Positions 29,101-36,379 of a stretch of DNA of 43,588 bases are shown here, piece after piece. The stretch is from positions 14,725 through 58,312 of the forward strand of contig PBEQ01000008.1 in NCBI GenBank assembly GCA_002719695.1, in the 5' to 3' direction. Numbering within the stretch: position 1 is the first letter of the stretch; each line of letters opens with the position of its first letter. Source of the stretch: a bacterium. Lineage in GTDB: Bacteria; Margulisbacteria; Marinamargulisbacteria; GCA-2716485; GCA-002719695. A program made the translations under genes and the position numbers. The notes beneath the pieces are model-generated. The model did no database searches, was not told the DNA's origin, and saw nothing but the letters and a program-made list of their open reading frames with translations.

Positions 29101-30752
29101 CCGATATGACTAATAAGCTATATGGATTAAAAATAGATATGAATTCTAATACAGCTCCTGAATCGGATGAGGATCCTAACTATTTAATGGCAGGTAATGC
29201 GGATGCTTATGGTATTCATGTTGATATGTCTGATTTAAAGGTAGCTGGAGCTGCTTCTGGTACTTATTATGAAAACCTTTTTGGTAATAAGTATGCTGCT
29301 GCTTTTATGGGAGGTGCTGTTGGTATTGGAACGGAAACCCCACGTTATCCTTTAGAAGTAGTGGGTGAATCTAATAGTGTTCTTGCTGGTTTTGGAAGTA
29401 TTGGTTCTGGAATGGTTATTAGGGATTATGGGTTAGGTAAATTAGGAATAAATGTAATTAATGATAGTGTTAATTCTAGTTTAGAGCATATTGGTATTAC
29501 GATTAAGGCTTCTGAAACCAATGGCTCTGGCTATGCTCCTGCATTAGTTGGTATTGGAACTCTAAATCCTGATAAAGCGTTGGTTGTTAATGGAGATATG
29601 CGTTTGGGTGTTCGATCGTTAAATTCTGTAGCTGGTCTATATGGCCGCTATGGAAATAAATTGTTTTTTTCAGGTGGGCCAAGTTATGGTTTAGATAGTG
29701 ATAATGGGGATGATTTGTTTATTGCTAGGTATAATGTTGAGGATAAATCGTCTCATTTACGAGTTAACTTTTCAACTATCAATTCTGATTCGAATGATGA
29801 AGCTGGTGTAGCAAATGGGACAGATCAATTTGTTGTTGGATATACAAAAAGTTCTGGATTGTATCAACCTATTTTAAAGGTTCATAATAATTCAAGAGTT
29901 ACTGTATGGGGCGATACAACCTTAACTACTCAAGCTCAAGATTATTTACCCGATTCAACGTTACATGTTAGAGGGTCAGGTTCTACAAACGATTCAGTAT
30001 TTGGAGATTATACGGCTACTTTAGAAAGAAGTGGTGGGGTTGATAGTGGCGTGCTAGCGTTATCTTATGATACATCAGAGTCGTTAAGTGAAAAGTCAAA
30101 ATTTATTGGTTTTTATAGTGCTCAAACCTTAATTGGTTCAATTGAAGGAAATAGTAATGGTGGTATTCGTTTTGTAACATCAGGTGCGGATTATGCAGAG
30201 TATCTTAAGAAAAAAGATAGTATGGAGTCGTTTGAAAAAGGTGATATTGTAGCGGTTGTTAATGGAGTTATATCAAAAGATACTAGTGATTTTCAGCAGT
30301 TAATGGTTTTAAGTAGTGCGGCTGCTATTGCAGGTAACTGGCCACAAGGTAATAAAGACGATTTTGAGTTGGTTGCATTTTATGGTCAGGTACCAACAAA
30401 GGTAAAAGGTCGTGTGAGCAAAGGAGATTTTATTTTAGCTGGATTTGGTAATGATGGCATTGGTATTGCTAAATCTCAAGATAGCTTAAGTTCACAAGAT
30501 CGTAGTCGTATTGTTGGCCGAGCTTGGGAGTCATCAAATGATCGTGGTGTAAAACTAATTAATACGGCAGTTGGCTTTTCTTTTGGGAATTATTCACTTA
30601 ATGATGAAATGGCTCAACTAAATAATTTAAACAAACAATTAGATGGTCTTCGTTCTGAAAGAGATGATTTATTATCAACGTATCAAACAACTTTAGAAAA
30701 ACAGTCTCAGCATATAGAGACATTATTAATGAAACTTGAAAATAGTCGTTAA
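20109..30752 (+). CDS. Giant (3547 aa) secreted tail-fibre-like adhesin with C-terminal peptidase-G2-like autocleaving chaperone (giant 2)
   Basis: 10.6-kb ORF. Signal peptide, N-terminal ISFDVQLADSSGPLNG...NGVASFVLG...LPSVPYS domain, many GNVGIGTxxP...L(E/D/H)VxG repeats, GGxxNxAxG beta-roll repeats (~21870-22250), GADYAEY...GQVPTKVKG...IVGRAW domain (~30190-30590) and coiled coil. Confidence 0.82.
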   Translation: MKQFLVYLCLIVMLVISNNSVLIAHNDSHELAIDSNYNFIVPPRISFDVQLADSSGPLNGNYFVTIRIGSKANINENYDMVPFRWIRSFSNVNFQNGVASFVLGDNSNPITPNDLSDSDTVIQIEVNQLTAAFPLPSVPYSIYSQSSLHAEEIKAENIIGSFITTMNISNDFIVSKNGEIAVYIDSTNQRVGVGKKPDSSYEMDINGSVNAAAYFIQGSSIGEIFSWTKKDGNLFYNGNVGIHTEDPQYALHVSGNISAEEYFVVMEDANTGAKQYVTLEDHLAAQGLNWKSDANETNRLGIYYIAGNVGIGTSENIVESLVVSGAIKLSESIQDADDIKPGTIEYRENDFIAYSDAGEFSLTGIKIDPNSDNLNSIPRGSIPYFVADGFLDVTDNFKVVTSNDFFGVAIGTDNTTAALTVQGNGQDSYLEVLSEQNEPVFIVNKDGNISVGTTNINENIKFKIDGIVDATEFLKNGNPLASSLSENSFWNIGETHYGELNQAATDLFYSAGFVGIGTASPKNMLELSSSTDSVALTFDINDVDLFTIGITSENASTFVISQGSNLDLPIFSFSTKNIGVGLSEPKVSLHVSGNAGFLVEGETDLTYSLSQDFPEPVTGSAMFYYPVRAAFRAGYASDLEWSDANLGAYSAAFGYNNIASGLASFVGGGYENVASGDYSVVPGGILNKAIGDYSFAGGYYASALHNGSFVWADTTSSLNRFESAQNNQFLIRAYGGVGINTNQTSESALTVQHQGSGDILRLIGSGASDQTIGVSSKGQFYMGDQPSPSHDDAKLLVSGRVGVGTDDPKALFHIENTDDEQAYLMYIKGSSSTNASSNVFVITNTGNVGIGTEHPTVKLAVSGNIKADSFLMVDPDDPTAVIQLQPSNGSPFQMYTGLGRSDAYRLQGFIGLGTMTPNTLLELSNQNDVQALPIITFDYNDVDIVQMGLITSNEGVFFAIAPSSNFTSENATFVITGNSVILGRGVVPPNTNFALDVSGNLNIDGKLAVGTDNVLNDYDVFVNGALAVSTLNIGGSDFELPDDNLWKVNGVNLYASDNYIVLIGTDNASQSLTDALVVSGSVRVDNLIISANQFKLDGELAVDHVRFQDQAVSTQSASVFVEGGELVFEKWDGTKKSLSSPLQAIEGDSNQSGPLAFWVNNNTISKSPFYWDGGKKELAITSNVVISNYEVQANGLEVSTNVSFLDSIGFAIETTIDHKGIANSSTDYTLYDLDLNIEEDWGRQGTPIAIRGIDLNLRNNEDTLILNQASVTGLYVDVTSVNVSESQFGNKYAAKFLGGNVGIGIEDPSVALEVNGVISANYFNITSGISIPELVINEGVYALVVKKSGTEARVGIGTESPQTSLDVDGTVSANLLTVSGLLVSTMNIGDGSFVVDATGNIGIGTDFPEASFEINRVLDGSNQNSPYIAEKISLGIDGTTLVGQTYVFQQDLTGLYLDLDTMTNSSIQDAEIRGLDLDLVSVNLRGDSKLYGMYVDVGAPQTENKNRYAAVFLNGNVGIGTDNPTEELVVSGSIKADTLILSEGLEFQTGITVNNSLVVEDVASMNRVSINHLYVEDSFSAKNLSFDNTDIQADNATFGTITANQILDVSYASIDTVSANNIEVNNAVFTDALSVATDNIEPNTLMVNGTIKAISAIFTDTVTVPTLSVNNGTTLFAGNKKVGIGTDTPESALHIISSPDSAFDQANTETWNALKMGVDTDISGQTVGFLFSPDEQVSQNIGSGILAQRTEFGQSSLLFLTDPPNDSPKVRMIISDEGTVGIGDISNPLTFSQKDSSNEPVTLYVNGTATFTDTVTMDRLEVSEITGEVNSLIISANNGIGFRGDVSFNNRVQLDKALAFKNSRSLQIQPTEVPSSVGYLYVYNNDLFYVNQSSSKNISSVYSGDPGKVPVFDDEGTLKSSYPLSFNDNTFTIGTSNSYTQFKLESVVSSDDSVGVQEIIVTFDNRTGSNTRFVAFDIQMEGDDTSDSLGINDTAIGLNIDVSRLSGQSANDNKYAAIFNGGNVGVGISDPGALLHVKQAESENIFRVDGDNFISLMVSSTGNVGVGTATPLALFEIKKPVASYQDDLFKIVSDNVELLRVSSNGSLVIQGDVSANLGVFDVVSANALRIADGMFFVSSNGNVAIGTDNVDLGTITILKEIDSAQTSDYIGEKLDVVIDFEGDGDLTGSNSNWDADYTYNKDLTGFDISLSNANANQFGDSNDTVIAKGINVTMNNLDLGSNAKAYGLYVDVGNEDKGGTRYGAYFNGNVGIGTLTPTYSLTVSGNVYSSGLIVDGNVSANQLTVNNIIVNGLLNVAGDVTINGTLTATTITANSLIVDGAVQAGEGIYNTVTVNQRLFLPQSSQLIVGMEDGFSDSNYIMYVSGNVTFNGIVDVDKLNVSVISANNTTINISSVISANKMISGETISLNMVQFSNSGSTVPNSLFVDGNNLYFNNSSSSPIDLTSFLTSEYPNRIPVYHGSTLTLTSNVYALQFKNNDTLQLGGSLSAGTYQNLGLEIGGQVTKNFTGHLVSVNVKNVTSGSKNFTGVKINFKSENYGGPDPNLWGRLSEGDSAVGLHVDLQQSLGDYYGLGGNVIAPKKYAALFNGGLVGIGTDTPQAALHVKQYENYFNIRKDIFRVDTFGSTTPAFLVDKDGRVGINSLMDNDAITAQFVIEADSTINPFVVSSNSKVQFSVQTNGVGIQTETLGGATLAVSGNMFVRDSLGNDQFFVSDDGVAIGHTIPTADLDIKGDGSKALLRISDGVNDHVYVDKAGKFYMGTFNSSDVQGTPLYDFNIINPTSSIALISNNNDPFATVGLPTKLTAPGNNPYGVLAVNGSNNNNNLLFMGHVTANESLVLFGGSNSPQLNIVASTDTKEKLIMDVTTQGLGINRDFRTDTALAVSGNFFVGADANNAAFVVSPNSNFVGVNTTTQIGSETMRVAGSLLVDELEVAEGGITITTLNVNGQFVLNDTLNGTSGSTFVDLYESVSLNIKLNTDMTNKLYGLKIDMNSNTAPESDEDPNYLMAGNADAYGIHVDMSDLKVAGAASGTYYENLFGNKYAAAFMGGAVGIGTETPRYPLEVVGESNSVLAGFGSIGSGMVIRDYGLGKLGINVINDSVNSSLEHIGITIKASETNGSGYAPALVGIGTLNPDKALVVNGDMRLGVRSLNSVAGLYGRYGNKLFFSGGPSYGLDSDNGDDLFIARYNVEDKSSHLRVNFSTINSDSNDEAGVANGTDQFVVGYTKSSGLYQPILKVHNNSRVTVWGDTTLTTQAQDYLPDSTLHVRGSGSTNDSVFGDYTATLERSGGVDSGVLALSYDTSESLSEKSKFIGFYSAQTLIGSIEGNSNGGIRFVTSGADYAEYLKKKDSMESFEKGDIVAVVNGVISKDTSDFQQLMVLSSAAAIAGNWPQGNKDDFELVAFYGQVPTKVKGRVSKGDFILAGFGNDGIGIAKSQDSLSSQDRSRIVGRAWESSNDRGVKLINTAVGFSFGNYSLNDEMAQLNNLNKQLDGLRSERDDLLSTYQTTLEKQSQHIETLLMKLENSR

Positions 30753-31245
30753 ATATCTTTGGTTGTATATCGTCTGTATTGTTGATCTTTGTAATAGTTT
30801 TACAGTATCAAGTTCTCGTTTTTCTCAGTGGATTTTTCGTGAGGTTAAATGGATTCTTTTTGTTATAGATGGTGCTTGTAAACATTCAGGGAACTGTTGT
30901 AAATCTATTCAAATATCTTATGATTTTTTTCCAATAAAAACTATCAATCGTTTTAATGCTATTTGTAACCATGATTCTAATATGACGCGTTTTATACCTA
31001 ATGTTAAAAATGATGCAATAGATTTTTTTGATTGTCGTTGTTTAACGAGTGATAACTATTGTTCTAGTTATCAATCAAGACCTAAATTTTGTGTTCAGTA
31101 TCCACGTAATATTTTGTTTTCAGATGCTCAATTATATGAAGGATGTGGTTATTATTTAAAACAAGTTATATATTTACCATTTTTTTCTTCTTCATCTTTA
31201 AAAAAAAAGATTATGTGTTTTAAATTTAATAATCATTTGTCTTAA
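30736..31245 (+). CDS. YkgJ-family cysteine-cluster (Zn/Fe-S) protein
   Basis: CKHSGNCC ... CRCL...NYCSSYQSRPKFCVQYP...GCGY. TTG start is uncertain. Confidence 0.75.
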   Translation: MKIVVKYLWLYIVCIVDLCNSFTVSSSRFSQWIFREVKWILFVIDGACKHSGNCCKSIQISYDFFPIKTINRFNAICNHDSNMTRFIPNVKNDAIDFFDCRCLTSDNYCSSYQSRPKFCVQYPRNILFSDAQLYEGCGYYLKQVIYLPFFSSSSLKKKIMCFKFNNHLS

Positions 31246-31324
31246 TGATCGTCTTAAAATAAGTGTTTCATGAGATTGATATAACGTATATAATATAGTT
31301 TGATTAAAAATTGGGAGTTTAATT

Positions 31325-31801
31325 ATGGCATCTATTAGATCTGATATAACTACATTAGATCGATTTCAAAGTTTTATTGTTTTTGAACCTGCTTCAATAA
31401 GAATTTCGGATAATGATATTTTGTATATTGGGAATAATGTTCAAACTATTTTTGATGAGACATTTGAAAAAGTTTCTTTGTTACAAAATGATATAAAAAT
31501 GAAGATTTTACTAAATAAATTTGAAAAAATTGGTAATATGTTAAGTCTTTTAGAATCTAATGATAATGTGATTATAACAAAGTTTTTTGATCGTATTTGG
31601 CGACGTTATTCTTATGTAAGTCATTTAGGTGAATCATTTTTTTCTTTGGATGTGTTTTTAGATTTTTTTCCTCAATTTGATACTGAGTCAGAAAAAGTTA
31701 TTGCTCAACGTATTGATGCTAATGTTGATCAATTTGATGAAGAAGATGACGATGACGAAGATGAAGATGAAGATGAAGATACAAATTCATCAGATGAATA
31801 A
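31325..31801 (+). CDS. Hypothetical protein with acidic C-terminal tail
   Basis: 158-aa ORF with a GGGAG RBS. Ends DEEDDDDEDEDEDEDTNSSDE. No family recognised. Confidence 0.75.
   Translation: MASIRSDITTLDRFQSFIVFEPASIRISDNDILYIGNNVQTIFDETFEKVSLLQNDIKMKILLNKFEKIGNMLSLLESNDNVIITKFFDRIWRRYSYVSHLGESFFSLDVFLDFFPQFDTESEKVIAQRIDANVDQFDEEDDDDEDEDEDEDTNSSDE
31757..31780 (+). repeat. (GAAGAT)4 coding tandem repeat
   Basis: Four exact hexamer copies encoding EDEDEDED. Confidence 0.85.
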
Positions 31802-31834
31802 TCTATTTGAAATAGAGTATAACGTGTTTTAACG

Positions 31835-32932
31835 ATGTCTAATAAATTATCTATTGGTATAGTAGGGTTACCTAATGTTGGAAAGTCAACATTGTTTAAT
31901 GCTATTACTCAAGCAGGTGTTGCGTCTGAAAATTATCCTTTTTGTACCATTGATCCAAACGTTGGCGTTGTTTCAGTTCCAGATTTACGATTAACGACCT
32001 TGGCTGGGTTATCTGAATCTGACAAAATCTTGCCAGCTACTATTGAGTTTGTTGATATTGCTGGATTGGTTGCCGGTGCTTCAAAAGGTGAAGGATTAGG
32101 AAATCAATTTTTATCTCATATTCGGTCTACATCTGTGATTGCTCACGTCATTCGATGTTTTGATTCGGATGATGTTACCCATGTACATGGGCGTGTGGAT
32201 CCTTTGGGGGATTATGATGTGATCATGAGTGAGTTAATTTTAGCTGATTTGGCCCTTTGTGAAAAATTATTAGAAACCTATAATAAGAAAATTAAGCAAG
32301 ATAAGTCTGCTCAAGCTATTGTTGATGTTTTAACATTATTAAGTGATGAATTATCGCAAGGTAACGCTATTAAGCAATGTGATTTAAACCAAGATCAACT
32401 TGATTTAATTTCATCGTTTCAATTTATAACACTAAAGAAACAATGTTTTGTTGCTAATGTTGCTGAAGATTCATTAGGAACTGATAATGAGTATGTTAAA
32501 CAGCTTAAGAAATTTGCTGCTGATCATAATGAAGATGTTATTGTTATTTCTGCAGCTTTAGAACAAGAGTGTTCGTTATTATCTGGTGATGAAAAGAAAG
32601 AATTTTTAAGTGAGCTTGGAATTACTTATTCTGGATTAGATCAATTGTGTTTAGTATGTTATTCCTTATTAGATTTACAGACTTACTTAACTACAGGTCC
32701 GAAGGAAACAAGAGCGTGGACTATCAAAAAGGGATTTACAGCTCCTGAAGCAGCCGGTGTTATCCATACGGATTTTCAAAATGGTTTTATTCGAGCTAAT
32801 GTAATTCATTATGATGATTTTGTGTCATGTGGCGGGTTTAAATCAGCAAAAGAAAAAGGCTTATTAAGACAAGAAGGTAAAGATTACGTTATGCAAGATG
32901 GGGATGTGGTTGAGTTTTTATTTAATGTATAA
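31835..32932 (+). CDS. ychF: Ribosome-binding ATPase YchF
   Basis: GIVGLPNVGKSTLFNA, NYPFCTIDPN, DIAGLVAGASKGEGLGNQFL, AAGVIHTDF and EGKDYVMQDGDVVEFLFNV. Confidence 0.97.
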   Translation: MSNKLSIGIVGLPNVGKSTLFNAITQAGVASENYPFCTIDPNVGVVSVPDLRLTTLAGLSESDKILPATIEFVDIAGLVAGASKGEGLGNQFLSHIRSTSVIAHVIRCFDSDDVTHVHGRVDPLGDYDVIMSELILADLALCEKLLETYNKKIKQDKSAQAIVDVLTLLSDELSQGNAIKQCDLNQDQLDLISSFQFITLKKQCFVANVAEDSLGTDNEYVKQLKKFAADHNEDVIVISAALEQECSLLSGDEKKEFLSELGITYSGLDQLCLVCYSLLDLQTYLTTGPKETRAWTIKKGFTAPEAAGVIHTDFQNGFIRANVIHYDDFVSCGGFKSAKEKGLLRQEGKDYVMQDGDVVEFLFNV

Positions 32933-32949
32933 CAATTTTTAGGATTGTA

Positions 32950-33756
32950 ATGTCTTCATTGGTTCTTGTTTTAAAAGGAGTTGCCTTAGGGTTAGCTAAT
33001 ATAATTCCGGGCTTAAGTGGTGGTACCGTTGCTTTGATATTAGGTATATATCAATTTATTATTGATTGCTTAGCATCGTTAGTGTCATTTAAGAAGCAAA
33101 CATTTATGTCGTCTTTGGTATGTTTGTTTTGGATTGGTGTTGGTGGCATCAGTGGGATTTTTTGTTTTTCATTTCTTATTGATTGGTTACTAACTTATTA
33201 TCTGGAGCCGAGTTCTTTTTTCTTTATTGGAGTTATAATAAGTTCAATTCCATATATTTTAATTTCTGAGTCAATTAAAATTGTAACAGTACCCCGAATA
33301 AGTTTATGTGTGATAGGTATTTTAACTGGGTTTTTATTTGTTAGTTTTAAATCGTTATCTATGGCGCCTGAAATTGTTGGTAATTATTCGAATACATATG
33401 TTTTTCTTTCTGTTATGATTGCGGCTGCTACAATGATTATCCCAGGATTAAGTGGATCGTTAGTCTTAGTTTTATTTGGAACGTATTCTTTTGTAATTGC
33501 TTCAATTAAAGGGGTGTTAATTACTAATTTAGGCTTAATTGCTGTTGCTGTAGGAATTGGTGTTTTTGGGTGTTCAAAGTTAATTAGTTTTTGTATTAAA
33601 AACCATTTTCAACTAACTATGAGTCTTGTAATTGGTTTGATGATTGGAACGGTTCCAGGTGTGTTTAATGGATTTTCTTTGCCTTATTTATATTTAAATG
33701 TTTTATCCTGTTGTTTTGGTATTAGTATTGTTTGGATACTAAAAATTTTTCGTTAA
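32950..33756 (+). CDS. DUF368 membrane protein (undecaprenyl-phosphate translocase family)
   Basis: Two copies of the re-entrant motif (ANIIPGLSGGTVAL and MIIPGLSGSLVL) plus multiple TM helices. Confidence 0.9.
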   Translation: MSSLVLVLKGVALGLANIIPGLSGGTVALILGIYQFIIDCLASLVSFKKQTFMSSLVCLFWIGVGGISGIFCFSFLIDWLLTYYLEPSSFFFIGVIISSIPYILISESIKIVTVPRISLCVIGILTGFLFVSFKSLSMAPEIVGNYSNTYVFLSVMIAAATMIIPGLSGSLVLVLFGTYSFVIASIKGVLITNLGLIAVAVGIGVFGCSKLISFCIKNHFQLTMSLVIGLMIGTVPGVFNGFSLPYLYLNVLSCCFGISIVWILKIFR

Positions 33757-36350
33757 CTTTCTTTTTTTTCTTCAGGATGAAAGACCATAATGCTAGGATT
33801 TATTAAATATGTTTTAGCAGCATCTTTAACCATTTCTTTTGTTATCGAGTCAATCGTTTTATCTATAGTTTTACTATGATTGACATCGTTTAATAATAAT
33901 TCGTTCGCGGCTTCTAACAATACAAGGGAGTCGCTAGAGGATGCTCGATCTTTGTAATAAAATTTTAATCTAGCGATAGCTTCGTCCCACTCTTTTTGAG
34001 ACGCTACTGTTTCTTGAAGTGATTTTATTTCTTTTAAGATAATATCTTGAACATCTTTCCACGATTCTTCATTCGTTAATGCATAAATATAAAAACCACC
34101 TTTATCTAAGCCATTAAAATTAATTCCATGAACAAGATAAACAAACCCTTTATCTCGTAGTTGATTATGTAATCTTCCCCCTGGATAACTTGCTCCAGAT
34201 AATAATGTGTCAATGATATCAAGGGTTACTTTTTCTTTGGTATTAAGTATTGTTGTTCCATTAAATCCCATAAAGAAAGATGTTGTTTGAAATTTATGAT
34301 TATTATGCGTAATAGTGTCAGTTTGTTTTACTGTGTTGTCTATTTTGTTTTGTGGCGCTTTTGGTTCTGAAAAACGTAAGTCTTTTATTTGTTTTAATAA
34401 ATCATTTTCGTTAAATTTTCCCATAATACTAATAATCATATTGTTGGGATCTAGTAACTGGTTATGAAATTTTTGAAACGTTGTTTTTGTCAGCGACTGG
34501 ATGGATTCTATTTCGCCACTTGATGATAGGCTATAGGGGTGGTTTCCCCAAAATTGTTTTTTAAATCTATAATTTCCATAACTAAACCAATCATCATCTC
34601 GTTGCTTAATAGTGTTAACTTGTTTTCTTTGTTCTTCTTTAATGTGGGAGTCTTTAAATGTAGCATTAAAAAACGTATGAAAAAACAAAGGTGCTAACGC
34701 TATGGTATCTTCTTCTAAGCAATCTAAGGTGTAGTAAAGCGTATGGTACCCATGGTTTGCACTCATACTAGCTCCATGATCTTCGATGATACTTTCGATA
34801 TCATCCTTTGAATATTTAGTTGTGGCTGTTCCAATTAGTTTGGCTGTGAGGTTGCCAATTCCATTTATTGTTGGTGTTTCACTAATTATACCTGCTTTTG
34901 ACATAATTTGTATTTTTGTTGATTGTGATGTTTTGTTTGGGTATAGAATGACCCGAAGTCCATTATCTAATGTTATTTTTTTTCGATTGGTTTTTGTTGA
35001 TTTATGGGTTAAATTGTTTTTCGTGTTAGTACTAGATTTTGGTGTTGCAATCGTTGTAATTAAATGATCAAAATCAAGATACGTATTAGCTGTTTCTTGA
35101 ATTTGTTTAGCTGTAATTTCACTAAAGTTTTGGGCATAAACATCAAAAAAATTTGTAGTATTAGAATATAAAAATGACATTGCTAATCGAGTTGTTTTAT
35201 CTTCGATAGATGCAATACTTAATATGTTTTCAGCTAATTTTTGTTTTTTAGATCGTTCAATCAGGTTTTTGCTAAAAGGTCTTTTTTTACTTTGTGTAAC
35301 TATTTTTGTTATTTCTTTAATAACACGTTCAATATGTTTTTCATCTGTATCAATCATTATCTCGAAATAGCCTTTGGTGTAAGCTGGAGTGTATGAGCTA
35401 GTTGATACTGAATAAGCAATTTTTAATTCTTCAACTAATTTTTTTGTTAAAATGGATTGATTTCCATTGCCTAAAATATAATCAAGTAGATCAAGTGTAT
35501 ACAAGTCTTCTGAATACAAATCAACTGTTGGAAATCTGAGACTGATTAGTGTTGAATTCATATCAATTTCTTTTTTAAGTTCACGTGGATTAAAAGGCAT
35601 CGGTTCAGATCTGTTTATGAATATTGGTTTAGCTACCTTTTTTTCGATTCCAAAAGTGGTCTCAATTGTTTTTTTAACGTTATTTATAGAGATAGGGCCC
35701 CCAATGATAAGTATCATGTTTGATGGGACATAATTACGTTTGTAAAACGTTTCTAAATCATTTTTAGTAATAGTATTAAATTTATCTAAGAAACCAATGA
35801 CTGGAAACTGGGAAGGATGATCTAAATAGGTGTTTTCTTGGCTTAAATAATAAAATTGACGTTGAATATTGGATTGTGTTTTTTCTATTTCTCTTGTAAT
35901 AACTTCTTTTTCTCTATCAACCTCACTTTTTTTAAAAGAACAATGAAACATCCATTCATATAAAGTTTGGATTGCTTGGTTCGTTTTATCAGGAGTCGTA
36001 TTAATAAAGTAAGCTGTATGATCTGTTGTTGTGTAAGCATTACTAACCCCTCCCATGAGAGAGAGAGTTTCTTTATAGGTTTCTTCTGATTGCTTTTTTG
36101 TTGAACCTCCAGCAACAATGTGTTCTAAATAATGTGAAATTCCAGTTCCTAAAAACTCTTTTTCATAAATTGAGCCAACGTTTACAATAGTTTTTGCAGT
36201 AATAATTTCAGCGCTTGGATCATGTAGTAAGATAACATGTAATCCATTATCAAGTTGAAATGCTTTGGTTGTTTCATTAGCCATGATTGGGGCTAATAGT
36301 ACCATTATTAGAATAAAAAGAATATTTAAATTTATTCGAAAAAAAATCAT
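33753..36350 (-). CDS. Exported M16-family zinc peptidase (fused two-half, PqqL-like)
   Basis: Signal peptide, LDNGL, GISHYLEH (HxxEH) and NAYTTTDHT. The second half starts with another LDNGL and lacks the zinc motif. Confidence 0.92.
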   Translation of the reverse strand: MIFFRINLNILFILIMVLLAPIMANETTKAFQLDNGLHVILLHDPSAEIITAKTIVNVGSIYEKEFLGTGISHYLEHIVAGGSTKKQSEETYKETLSLMGGVSNAYTTTDHTAYFINTTPDKTNQAIQTLYEWMFHCSFKKSEVDREKEVITREIEKTQSNIQRQFYYLSQENTYLDHPSQFPVIGFLDKFNTITKNDLETFYKRNYVPSNMILIIGGPISINNVKKTIETTFGIEKKVAKPIFINRSEPMPFNPRELKKEIDMNSTLISLRFPTVDLYSEDLYTLDLLDYILGNGNQSILTKKLVEELKIAYSVSTSSYTPAYTKGYFEIMIDTDEKHIERVIKEITKIVTQSKKRPFSKNLIERSKKQKLAENILSIASIEDKTTRLAMSFLYSNTTNFFDVYAQNFSEITAKQIQETANTYLDFDHLITTIATPKSSTNTKNNLTHKSTKTNRKKITLDNGLRVILYPNKTSQSTKIQIMSKAGIISETPTINGIGNLTAKLIGTATTKYSKDDIESIIEDHGASMSANHGYHTLYYTLDCLEEDTIALAPLFFHTFFNATFKDSHIKEEQRKQVNTIKQRDDDWFSYGNYRFKKQFWGNHPYSLSSSGEIESIQSLTKTTFQKFHNQLLDPNNMIISIMGKFNENDLLKQIKDLRFSEPKAPQNKIDNTVKQTDTITHNNHKFQTTSFFMGFNGTTILNTKEKVTLDIIDTLLSGASYPGGRLHNQLRDKGFVYLVHGINFNGLDKGGFYIYALTNEESWKDVQDIILKEIKSLQETVASQKEWDEAIARLKFYYKDRASSSDSLVLLEAANELLLNDVNHSKTIDKTIDSITKEMVKDAAKTYLINPSIMVFHPEEKKES

Positions 36351-36379
36351 TGAATTTACTCCGTTATCGTTATATTTCT

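Noticed and set aside
10078-29335. Recurring GG(A/T)AATGT(T/A)GG(T/A)ATTGG DNA words as shufflon crossover sites or CRISPR repeats
   Set aside because: They vary at third codon positions, are irregularly spaced and are in frame with GNVGIG, so the protein repeat explains them. No inverted cassettes were seen.
4194-30752. Prophage or tailocin interpretation of the fibre genes plus recombinase
   Set aside because: No capsid, portal, terminase, sheath, baseplate or lysis genes. The fibres have signal peptides, the recombinase is XerC/D-like, and the flanks are housekeeping genes.
33753-36350. M16 peptidase as a dedicated maturation protease for the giants
   Set aside because: Opposite strand and separated by housekeeping genes. 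The giants carry their own predicted autocleavage domain, and nothing in the sequence links them.
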